The notes beneath the pieces were generated by a model, which was not told the origin of the DNA, ran no database searches, and saw nothing but the letters and a program-made list of their open reading frames with translations. The translations under genes were made by a program, and so were the position numbers. Positions 44,914 through 53,535 of a stretch of DNA of 64,000 bases are shown in pieces; positions within the stretch are counted from its first letter, which is position 1, and each line of letters starts with the position of its first letter. The DNA is from Saccharofermentanales bacterium (GTDB lineage: Bacteria; Bacillota; Clostridia; Saccharofermentanales; DTU023): the NCBI GenBank assembly GCA_041655695.1, contig JBBAEW010000001.1:30999-94998 (forward strand). Reading direction: 5' to 3'.

Positions 44914-46458
44914 ATGGGTGAGGACGCCGGCCGTCCGGTTGTCGTAGAACTGTCGGGTATCAGCAAGCAATTCCCGGGAGTCCTGGCCAACGACGCCATT
45001 TCACTTGAGATCAGGGAAGGCGAGATCTTCGCCATTCTGGGTGAGAACGGAGCGGGCAAGACGACCCTGATGAATATCCTCTTCGGCCTCTACCGGCCGG
45101 ATGAGGGGGAGATCCGGATCCGCGGCCAGGCGGTCTCTTTCACTTCCCCCCGCGATGCGACAGCGCAAGGCATCGGCATGGTTCACCAGCACTTCAAGCT
45201 GGTGGAAAACTATACAGTCACAGAAAACATCATCCTTGGCCTGGAGCCTTTGAAAAAATGGCTGGGCCTTTTCCCTCTTATCAACAGCAAGGGAGCCAAC
45301 CGGGAAATTGCCTCGCTTTCGGACCACTACGGACTCAAGGTCGATCCGCGCCTTGTCATCAGCCAAACCAGCGTTTCAGTCCAGCAGCGTGTCGAAATTC
45401 TCAAGATGCTCTACCGGAAGGCGGATATTCTCATTTTCGATGAACCGACCGCCATGCTGGCGCCCCAGGAGATCGAACATCTGATCGGTGTCATCCACGA
45501 ACTGCGCCGGCACGGCAAAACGGTTATCCTCATTACCCACAAACTGGATGAAATCAGACGCCTGGCAGACCGCTGCGCTGTCCTGCGCAGGGGCCGCCTG
45601 ATCGGTGTCTACGATGTGGCCTCGACGGACACGGCCCATTTGGCCGCGACCATGGTGGGCCAGGCGCTTGACCTGGAAATCCACAAGGAAGAACAGCCCC
45701 TGGGGGATGTGATCCTGGAGGTCGAAAACCTGACCGTCATGCAGGAGAAAAATGTCACGGCTGTCAGGGATGTTTCCTTCCAGGTCCGCTCGGGCGAGAT
45801 TCTGGCTCTGGCCGGTGTTTCGGGCAACGGCCAGGTTGAGATTGTGGAGGCTATTTACGGCCAGATGAAAGCCGCCTCAGGAACCATCCTGCTCAATGGC
45901 ATTGATATCACGGCTCATTCTATCCGAAGCCGGATCAGGGAGGGGATTTCCTATGTCCCCGAAGACCGTCAGAAGACCGGCCTGGTGGTCGACCTGTCCC
46001 TTTCTGAGAACCTGGCCCTGAAAACATACGGCCAGCCGCCCTTCTCCAGGAGAAAGATTCTCAACCGGGCGGCCTTCCGCCGCCACGCCGAGCAATTGAT
46101 TGAAGCCTACGATATCCGGAGCGGATCCGGTCAGGCTACCAAGGTCCACTCCATGAGCGGGGGCAACCAGCAGAAGGCCATTGTAGCCAGGGAGATTGAT
46201 CTGGATAATGGCCTGATCATCTTTGTCCAGCCCACCCGGGGCCTGGATATCGCGGCACGGGCCCATATTCACCGGCAGATCCTGGCGGAAAGAGCCAAGG
46301 GCCACGCCATCATCCTGGTTTCTCTGGAGCTGGAGGAGGTCATGGAACTGGCCGATACCATCGCCGTCATCTACAACGGCGCCCTGCGAAAAACCGCGCC
46401 CGCGCGTGACATGACCATGGAGGAAGTGGGGAAACTGATGTTGGGGGTTGATCTATGA
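44914..46458 (+). CDS. ABC transporter ATP-binding protein with duplicated ATPase domains
   Basis: 514-aa ORF with Walker A GENGAGKTT, Walker B ILIFDEPTA, and a second domain with MSGGNQQK and IIFVQPTRGLD. Confidence 0.9.
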   Translation: MGEDAGRPVVVELSGISKQFPGVLANDAISLEIREGEIFAILGENGAGKTTLMNILFGLYRPDEGEIRIRGQAVSFTSPRDATAQGIGMVHQHFKLVENYTVTENIILGLEPLKKWLGLFPLINSKGANREIASLSDHYGLKVDPRLVISQTSVSVQQRVEILKMLYRKADILIFDEPTAMLAPQEIEHLIGVIHELRRHGKTVILITHKLDEIRRLADRCAVLRRGRLIGVYDVASTDTAHLAATMVGQALDLEIHKEEQPLGDVILEVENLTVMQEKNVTAVRDVSFQVRSGEILALAGVSGNGQVEIVEAIYGQMKAASGTILLNGIDITAHSIRSRIREGISYVPEDRQKTGLVVDLSLSENLALKTYGQPPFSRRKILNRAAFRRHAEQLIEAYDIRSGSGQATKVHSMSGGNQQKAIVAREIDLDNGLIIFVQPTRGLDIAARAHIHRQILAERAKGHAIILVSLELEEVMELADTIAVIYNGALRKTAPARDMTMEEVGKLMLGVDL

Positions 46459-47552
46459 AGCGAGAGACAAAGCGGAAGGATTCCGCCAGGCGTGCATCTT
46501 TTGCCCGCCTCCTGATCCCCCTGGCCAGTGTTCTTCTGACCTTCATGGTTCTGACGGCTGTCTTTCTCCTGATTGGCCGCAATCCCCTGACTGCCATTTA
46601 CAGCTTCTTCCAGGGATCGGGCCTGGGCATGAAGTCTTCCTATACCAGCTCCAGCAGCATGCTGACTGACTTCTTCTCCTATCTGGGTATTCTCTCCCCC
46701 ATGCTCCTGGGTTCCCTGGGTGTCGTGGTCGGCCTTCGGGGCGGGCTTTTCAATATCGGGGTCTCCGGCCAGATGCTCCTGTCCGGCTTCACGGCGACTG
46801 TCCTTGTGGGTTATTCCAAACTTTCCCCGGCCCTTGCCATTCCCCTGGTTCTCCTGATCGGCCTTCTGACCGGCGCCCTTCTGGGAGCCGTCATCGGCTG
46901 GCTCAAATACCGTTTCAATGTCCATGAAGTTGTGTCCAGCATCATGTTCAACTACATCGTCAGTTTCCTGACCGGTTACTTCATCAAGACCCGCTACGTG
47001 GATCCCATCATCCGCTCCTCCCGTCAGGTGGCCGCCAATGCCCGCCTGAACCTGACCTTCAATACAGGATCCGGGCTCAAGCTGGTTATCCCGGTCGGTA
47101 TTTTCATTGCCGTTGCCATGGCCTTCCTTATCCGTTTCTACCTCGAACGGACAGTGGGAGGCTTTGAAATCCGCATGGTGGGTTTCAACCGACACGGGGC
47201 CGCTTACGCCGGAGTGCCCATCCGCAATGTCATGGTGCGGACCATGCTGATATCCGGAGCCCTGGCAGGGCTTGCGGGGGTGACCTACTACCTGGGCTAT
47301 TACTCGACCATGGTTCCCAAGGATCTGCCTTCACTCGGCTATGACGCCATTGCGGTCGCCCTCCTGGGCAACCTGGGCCCCATCGGCTGTATTTTTTCCT
47401 CGGCCCTGATCACGGTCTTCCAGAAGGGCGCCGTCTATATGAGTTCGGCAACCGGGGTTGTCCGCGAGATCGCCTCACTGGTGACGGGGATCCTGCTTCT
47501 TTTCAGTTCGCTGGGTGTGTCCATGCGGGACCGCATCCGCCATTACGATTAG
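46455..47552 (+). CDS. ABC transporter permease
   Basis: Polytopic ORF with a 4-nt overlap with the ATPase gene. Confidence 0.85.
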   Translation: MKRETKRKDSARRASFARLLIPLASVLLTFMVLTAVFLLIGRNPLTAIYSFFQGSGLGMKSSYTSSSSMLTDFFSYLGILSPMLLGSLGVVVGLRGGLFNIGVSGQMLLSGFTATVLVGYSKLSPALAIPLVLLIGLLTGALLGAVIGWLKYRFNVHEVVSSIMFNYIVSFLTGYFIKTRYVDPIIRSSRQVAANARLNLTFNTGSGLKLVIPVGIFIAVAMAFLIRFYLERTVGGFEIRMVGFNRHGAAYAGVPIRNVMVRTMLISGALAGLAGVTYYLGYYSTMVPKDLPSLGYDAIAVALLGNLGPIGCIFSSALITVFQKGAVYMSSATGVVREIASLVTGILLLFSSLGVSMRDRIRHYD

Positions 47553-47571
47553 CCGGGAGATGAGGTGAACC

Positions 47572-48534
47572 ATGATTGATCGGATTATCATTGACGGCCT
47601 GGCCTTCTCGCTCCCGCTTTTTGCCATGGCCATCGGCGGCATCTTCAGCGAAAAGAGCGGCATCACCATGCTGGCCCTGGAAGGCATCCAGGGTTTCGGC
47701 GCCTTCTGCGGGGCGGTTGCCTTCGCTCTTCTTCAGCCCCTGATCCCCGGGGGAACGCAGGTTATCATCTACCCGGTTCTGGCAGCCGCCATGCTGGGAG
47801 GCATGATCTTCGCCCTTCTGCACGCCTACATGTCCATCCGCTTCCGGCTCAACCAGGTCATCAGCGGTGTCGTGGTCAATATTCTGGCCATGTCCCTGAC
47901 CATCTTCCTGACGGGCCTGATCAACGAACGCCTGACGGGCGAACCCTCCAACAAGATCTGGCTGGGCGCTGCCCCCCGCTTCAGCGTTCCCGGACTGAGC
48001 AAGATCCCCGTCATCGGGGCCATCTTCCGGGACCTTTACATCTTCGCGCCCTTCATTGTCCTTTTCGCCCTAATTTCCGGCATCCTGCTTTACCGGACCC
48101 GCTTCGGCCTCAGGCTCAGAGCCTGCGGGGAAAATCCCCAAAGCGTCGAGGCCGCGGGCTGCAGCGTCAAACGCATCCGCTACCTGGCCCTGGCTCTCTG
48201 CGGCCTTTTGACCGGCCTTGGCGGAATGAACTTCGCCTTTACCTTCTCCGCCAACTTCTCCCCGACCATCTACATGGGCTATGGCTACCTGGCCATTGCC
48301 GCCCTGATCTGCGGCAACTGGGATATCCGAAGGACCCTATTCACCTGCCTGATCTTCGGCTTTGCCCGTTCCGGCGGTTACCAGCTCATCCTCAAACTGG
48401 GCATGTCAAGTGATCTGTCTGATCTCTTCCTCATGATCCCCTACGTTCTGACCCTCCTCCTCCTGCTCTTCCTCTCCAGGCACAACCATCCGCCCAGCGC
48501 CCTGGGCTCGGATTACGAGTACGACCGCAGATAG
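47572..48534 (+). CDS. ABC transporter permease
   Basis: Polytopic ORF, second permease of the BMP-type importer. Confidence 0.85.
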   Translation: MIDRIIIDGLAFSLPLFAMAIGGIFSEKSGITMLALEGIQGFGAFCGAVAFALLQPLIPGGTQVIIYPVLAAAMLGGMIFALLHAYMSIRFRLNQVISGVVVNILAMSLTIFLTGLINERLTGEPSNKIWLGAAPRFSVPGLSKIPVIGAIFRDLYIFAPFIVLFALISGILLYRTRFGLRLRACGENPQSVEAAGCSVKRIRYLALALCGLLTGLGGMNFAFTFSANFSPTIYMGYGYLAIAALICGNWDIRRTLFTCLIFGFARSGGYQLILKLGMSSDLSDLFLMIPYVLTLLLLLFLSRHNHPPSALGSDYEYDRR

Positions 48535-48694
48535 AGCCGGCCAAAGCTTGTCTGTTTCAGCGGTTGCCGTTTCTATTAAGAAACCTATGGAGATAAGGAC
48601 AAGGTTTTTTATCGTCAGCTTTACAATCAGCAAGGCAGGCCCTTCTTGTACCTCTCCGCCATTGGAAGATAATCGACTTATCAAACAAAATAAA

Positions 48695-48722
48695 GAGGGG
48701 AGCAAGCTCCCCCCTTTGTTTT
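48695..48722. terminator. bidirectional terminator between convergent genes
   Basis: GGGGAGC-AA-GCTCCCC hairpin flanked by A-rich sequence (AAAATAAAGA) on the left and TTTGTTTT on the right. Confidence 0.6.
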
Positions 48723-48755
48723 GGTGATGGCTTGACCTGTCAAGACAACAATTGT

Positions 48756-50042
48756 CTAAAAGAAGGTACTCTTCAAGAATGAGATGAAAGACCAAACACC
48801 GACGATTGAGAACGCAAAACCAACCGCAATCGTTAACCTATGGAACCAGCCGATAGCATATTTCCCCATGATTTTTTTACTTGTTGAAATATAAAACAAA
48901 GAAGCAATAATGAATGGGGTGAACAAATTGAGAATGCCCATCGCGATCATAATGACAATGAAAGGTGCAACGACCTTAGCAACCAGGGGGCCGAGCAGCC
49001 AACTGACCATAGTCAGACCTGACAGGATTTTGAATCTTGTGTCGCTGTGGATGTCTCCGTCGATCAACGCCTTTTCTTCATCACCTTTTGTTTTGAAGTT
49101 TAGCAGGTCAGCGACATAGTATCCTGTACCGAAACAAGGCGATACAGCCGTTGACCAAACTACCGCAAAGAAACCGAGAGAGAATAACCATTTGGCCGCT
49201 GATCCTCCGATAGGCGCCAAAGCGTTTGCAGCTTGGATTGCGTTTTGTACCGGAGCGGCACCAGGAGCGTGGAGGGCCGATCCGGCGAGCAGGACGCTAA
49301 CCGAGATCAAGCTGAATGCTACTCCAAGGAACATGATATTGTCCCATCTCATGACGGGCAGGTCTTCCTTTTTGAAGCCAGCCGCCTTGACCTGATAGGG
49401 ATAGAAAAGCATGGGTAGACCACCGATCGATCCACCAATTATGCCGGTCACCGCAATCAGGCTGCCTGCGGGTATCGTGGGTACCAGACCTGACAGCGCT
49501 TCAAAGAAATTGATTTTCACGAAGAAGATGTTGAGGACGAACAGAACGACCATGGCTCCTACAATGACTGATATCATAGACTTGATAAAGCTATACTTCC
49601 CTCGAAGAACCATGAAAAACAAACTGATAACCAGCAGAATCAGAGTAGAGAGGAAAGTTGAAAGATTAGGGAAGAAGACCTTAAATGCATCTGCCATCCC
49701 GACGGATACACCAATTACCGCCCCGATATTGCATACAACTTGCACCCACCCATTAACTTTTCCCCATCCCTTAAACACGTGCCTGTCGAGAGCTTGAAGA
49801 GTCGTTTTTCCAGTGACTACTGTTACCGTGCCTGCCATCATCGTAAGAGCGGCAAGCCAAACTCCTGACAGGGCCACAAGCCAAAGCAGATTGAGCCCGA
49901 ATCCGGAGCCGGCGAACAATGTCGAAGACATCGTGCCGGGCCCGATCTGAACCCCTGCTACTAAGGCGCTACTTCCGAGAGCCCTCAGCCAAAGCTGAAA
50001 ACTACTCCCTCTTTTCTTTGTGTTCAATTGCACCTCTGACAT
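48756..50042 (-). CDS. Nramp-superfamily-like transporter with non-canonical TM1 motif
   Basis: 428-aa polytopic ORF. LRALGSSALVAGVQIGPGTMSSTLFAGSGFGLNLLWLV aligns with the Nramp TM1 region, but DPGN is replaced by GPGT. Confidence 0.6.
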   Translation of the reverse strand: MSEVQLNTKKRGSSFQLWLRALGSSALVAGVQIGPGTMSSTLFAGSGFGLNLLWLVALSGVWLAALTMMAGTVTVVTGKTTLQALDRHVFKGWGKVNGWVQVVCNIGAVIGVSVGMADAFKVFFPNLSTFLSTLILLVISLFFMVLRGKYSFIKSMISVIVGAMVVLFVLNIFFVKINFFEALSGLVPTIPAGSLIAVTGIIGGSIGGLPMLFYPYQVKAAGFKKEDLPVMRWDNIMFLGVAFSLISVSVLLAGSALHAPGAAPVQNAIQAANALAPIGGSAAKWLFSLGFFAVVWSTAVSPCFGTGYYVADLLNFKTKGDEEKALIDGDIHSDTRFKILSGLTMVSWLLGPLVAKVVAPFIVIMIAMGILNLFTPFIIASLFYISTSKKIMGKYAIGWFHRLTIAVGFAFSIVGVWSFISFLKSTFF

Positions 50043-50086
50043 TTTTTGCCTCCTTTTGCTTAAGTGCTAATGTCACCTCCGGCTGT

Positions 50087-51106
50087 TTATTGGTAGCCTT
50101 TCACTATATTGATTAGGCGGCCCAATCTTTCTATCTCAACTTCTAAAACATCCTCAGCTTTCAACAAGATACTTTTTCCCGCGTACATGTGGTCAAAGAG
50201 TTTGTCAGTAGCGCTATAGCCGACGTTGGCTCCTTTGGCCATTCCCACGCCAGCGCCCGTTCCAGTGGCGATGACATCGCCAGGTGACAGAGTCGTGACT
50301 GATGATGCCGTTGCGATCAATTCGGCAACACTCCACACCATCAGATTGGTATTCGTATTTTGCATGATCTCGCCGTTTAGGTAGAGTCTGATTGATAGGT
50401 TGTCAATATCAGGAATAAACTGTGCAGGGGTTATATAAGGCCCCAAAGGCCCGAAGGTATCATTGCCTTTATTGGAAAACCAATCAAAATCAAAAGTTTC
50501 ATCGTGCCGTATCATGCGATCTCTAGCCGAGATATCGTTGTAGCAGGTGTAACCGGCTACATAATCAAGAGCTTTTTCAGCCGGAACATCTTTTGCAGAT
50601 TTCCCGATAACAATTGCCATTTCAGCTTCCCAATCCACAAAATTAGAGCGGGGTGTTAGCCTGATGGGGTCACCATGGCCAATGATGGTGTGCGTGCGGC
50701 CTTTGTAGAAAAAATAAGGTTCATGACCATCTTTTTTCGGTTTGGCTGCGCCCATTTCTAAAGCATGATCATAGTAATTAGAACCAGCATTCAGGATCTT
50801 GTCTGGGTATAGAACAGGAGGCTTGAATGCGATATCGTCCTCTTCGTAAACAAAAGATTCGGTACGGCTTGGGTTGTCATTGTAGAATCCTGCCATCTCT
50901 CCCAGAAGATTATTAAACAACTCCCATTCTTCCAAAATATCGAGCATAGTGTAGTTATGTTTAGCCTTGAATAAATCACGCTTGCCCGTTCTCATCTTGT
51001 AGTATTCATACCCACGGTTAATATCATAAAGAGAACTGTTGATCTCGATAACGGGGAATACAAATCCTCGGTGGTCGACTGTTGCTAGCTTAAATACAAG
51101 TGACAC
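50087..51106 (-). CDS. fumarylacetoacetate hydrolase (FAH) family protein
   Basis: ORF with GTG start behind AGGAGGG and a C-terminal FAH fold (VDWEAEMAIVIGK, YTCYNDISARD, LSPGDVIATGTGAGVG). Confidence 0.8.
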   Translation of the reverse strand: MSLVFKLATVDHRGFVFPVIEINSSLYDINRGYEYYKMRTGKRDLFKAKHNYTMLDILEEWELFNNLLGEMAGFYNDNPSRTESFVYEEDDIAFKPPVLYPDKILNAGSNYYDHALEMGAAKPKKDGHEPYFFYKGRTHTIIGHGDPIRLTPRSNFVDWEAEMAIVIGKSAKDVPAEKALDYVAGYTCYNDISARDRMIRHDETFDFDWFSNKGNDTFGPLGPYITPAQFIPDIDNLSIRLYLNGEIMQNTNTNLMVWSVAELIATASSVTTLSPGDVIATGTGAGVGMAKGANVGYSATDKLFDHMYAGKSILLKAEDVLEVEIERLGRLINIVKGYQ

Positions 51107-51207
51107 AATTTCCCTCCTGCTGTCTGAGATAATTTCATTTAGTAGCCTTACTTGTTATACATCTGTTCGCACTTGTCCTAAACAGACAGATCAGGCCTGG
51201 GATTGGC

Positions 51208-52224
51208 TTAATATCCTTCCACTTTGTTTTCTAATTGACCGACTTCATCGATATCGACAACAACCGTATCACCATCCTTGAGCATGATGCTCTTTCCGGC
51301 ATACATATGTTCGAATACCTTCCAAATTTCTCCGTGTTTGACTTTGATGCCTTTGCCCATTCCTACTCCAGCTCCCGTACCAGTAGCGATGATATCTCCA
51401 GGTGAAAGAGTTGTGACGGAAGAAGCAGTTTCAATCAGCTCGGCGATATCCCAAACCATCAAATTCGTATTTGTGTCTTGCATGAGTTCGCCATTAAGGT
51501 ACAATTTGACAGGCAGGTTGTTGGGATCGGAAATAAATTTCGAGGGGACGATGTAGGGTCCTAGTGGACCAAAGGTGTCATTCCCTTTATTTGAGAACCA
51601 GTCATAATCAAAAGTCTCATTCTTCCTTATCATGCGATCTCTACCGGAAATATCGTTGTAGCAGGTATATCCGGCTACGTATTCCAGTGCGTCTGAGGCG
51701 CTGACATTTTTAGCTGTTTTTCCGATCACAATAGCCAGTTCGGCTTCCCAGTCAATGTATTTGGCGCGAGGAGTTAGCCGGATTACATCCTTGTGACCAA
51801 TGATCGTATGTGTCCTACCTTTATAAAAGAAGTAAGGTTCATGGCCTTCTTTTTCTGGTTTGGCAGCGCCCATTTCCAATGCGTGATCGTGATAGTTCGA
51901 ACCGGCATTGAGAATTTTGTCGGGATAGAGGATGGGCGGTTCGAACTTAACTTCATCAACATCGAAGAAGAAATCAAAATCTTTACCGATATCAGGCCTA
52001 TAGAAAGCGCTTAATTCATCGCAAATATCTTCAAAAAGAGACCATTTCTCTAATATGTCGAGCATAGTGTAGTTGTAGTTTTTCATGAATAGATCTTGCT
52101 TGCCCACAACCTCTTTATAGTGATTGTAGCCATGACTGATCGATATTAATTTCCCATCTACTTCGATTACGGGGAAAGTGAATCCGCGATATGTAACTGT
52201 CGCCAGTTGGTACCTATTTTTCAT
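51208..52224 (-). CDS. fumarylacetoacetate hydrolase (FAH) family protein, tandem paralogue
   Basis: ORF collinear with 50087..51106 over its full length with high identity (same motifs). Confidence 0.8.
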   Translation of the reverse strand: MKNRYQLATVTYRGFTFPVIEVDGKLISISHGYNHYKEVVGKQDLFMKNYNYTMLDILEKWSLFEDICDELSAFYRPDIGKDFDFFFDVDEVKFEPPILYPDKILNAGSNYHDHALEMGAAKPEKEGHEPYFFYKGRTHTIIGHKDVIRLTPRAKYIDWEAELAIVIGKTAKNVSASDALEYVAGYTCYNDISGRDRMIRKNETFDYDWFSNKGNDTFGPLGPYIVPSKFISDPNNLPVKLYLNGELMQDTNTNLMVWDIAELIETASSVTTLSPGDIIATGTGAGVGMGKGIKVKHGEIWKVFEHMYAGKSIMLKDGDTVVVDIDEVGQLENKVEGY

Positions 52225-52323
52225 CTCTGACTGCCTCCATGTTTCTGTTTAAATTTGTCGATCGTCAATTTGACGGAATCTTAGCGAGTCGGCAATAAAT
52301 ACACTTACTCGCCTTCAAACCTG

Positions 52324-52369
52324 AAAAAAAAACCAGTGCACGTTTCAAACAAGCTGATACCCGCACTGG
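52324..52369 (-). terminator. putative terminator after the molybdoenzyme operon
   Basis: Minus strand CCAGTGC...GCACTGG (7-bp stem, large 23-nt loop) followed by T9. Confidence 0.45.
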
Positions 52370-52504
52370 CCAGCACGACGGCAACTTTGACTGTCTCCAT
52401 CGTACCTTCCATATGTGATTATTGTTCGGTTGACCTCTCGAAAGGTGCAACCCAACCAGTTAATATTTCAAGTTTCTGTACTAATTATAATGCAGCGTTC
52501 ATGC

Positions 52505-53497
52505 CTAGTCAAAGATAGCCGTGATTTTGTCAATAAGATCGAGAATGTTGCTGAAACTGTTCCGCTTTGTCTTTATAGACAGGCCAGCTTCTCTGACTAA
52601 GGCACTTTTTTGGGTCAGTTCTGCGAGCGCTTGTTTCTCAATATCATCACGTTCTTTTGATAATGAGTTAAGCGTTGTAAGTATTTTTGATTGAGTTTCT
52701 GTAAGTTCAATCGGTTCTGGAGCGACAGCCCCAACAATAATTCGCAGTCCCGGTTGAACAGAGTCAGGTGTGAATTTAAAGGCCATGTTGATAATGGGAA
52801 AGTTAAGTGAATCTCTTAAGCTTTGTTTTTGGAACTCAGCCAATGCCCCGGGCTTACATTCAGGAATGAAGAAACCCTCAATGATGAAATCTTGGCTTTG
52901 GATCAGGCCATTGATTTCGATATGTGATGCGATCAGATCATCGATGGGGATTTCTCTTCTGATACCGTCGAAGATAATTGCGGTTGCATCAAGGCTGATC
53001 AGGACCGGAGCTATATCGGAATAGTAGAGTGCTTTACAAACAGGGGATCGTGGAGCCTGATGGCAAACATCTCCACCGATTTTGAAGCATGGGGCAAGAT
53101 TTTCGCGCCATTGCGACGACTGATTGAAATAGATACATCTTCGATCCTGCAGGATATTTCCGCCAATTGTCGCGCTATTCCTTATCTGTGGGGTCGCTAC
53201 TCTTCGGGCAGCTTTTACCAGAGATGGAAACCTTGTTGCCACCAGGGCACTGTCAGCGATTTCTCGTAATGTGACCATGGATCCTATGCGGATACCTTTT
53301 TCTATCGGATCGATTCTTTTCAGTTCATCCAGATTCGCCAGACTTATGATAGCTACCGGTGCTTTTAGATTATATTTGAGCAGAGGAATGAAATCGGTTC
53401 CCCCGGCTAGATAACTGGAATTCACAACTTGATTCTTTTTCTGAAAGGCTTCCTTCAAAGTATCAGGAGCGAAAAAGTTAAAACCGTCCGTTCTCAT
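52505..53497 (-). CDS. xanthine dehydrogenase family FAD-binding subunit (CoxM/XdhB-like)
   Basis: 330-aa ORF with the FAD_binding_5 pattern (YLAGGTDFIPLLK, ATIGGNI). Confidence 0.85.
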   Translation of the reverse strand: MRTDGFNFFAPDTLKEAFQKKNQVVNSSYLAGGTDFIPLLKYNLKAPVAIISLANLDELKRIDPIEKGIRIGSMVTLREIADSALVATRFPSLVKAARRVATPQIRNSATIGGNILQDRRCIYFNQSSQWRENLAPCFKIGGDVCHQAPRSPVCKALYYSDIAPVLISLDATAIIFDGIRREIPIDDLIASHIEINGLIQSQDFIIEGFFIPECKPGALAEFQKQSLRDSLNFPIINMAFKFTPDSVQPGLRIIVGAVAPEPIELTETQSKILTTLNSLSKERDDIEKQALAELTQKSALVREAGLSIKTKRNSFSNILDLIDKITAIFD

Positions 53498-53535
53498 CTC
53501 TTATGTCCTTTCTACTTACCTTATCGCGCTAAAGA

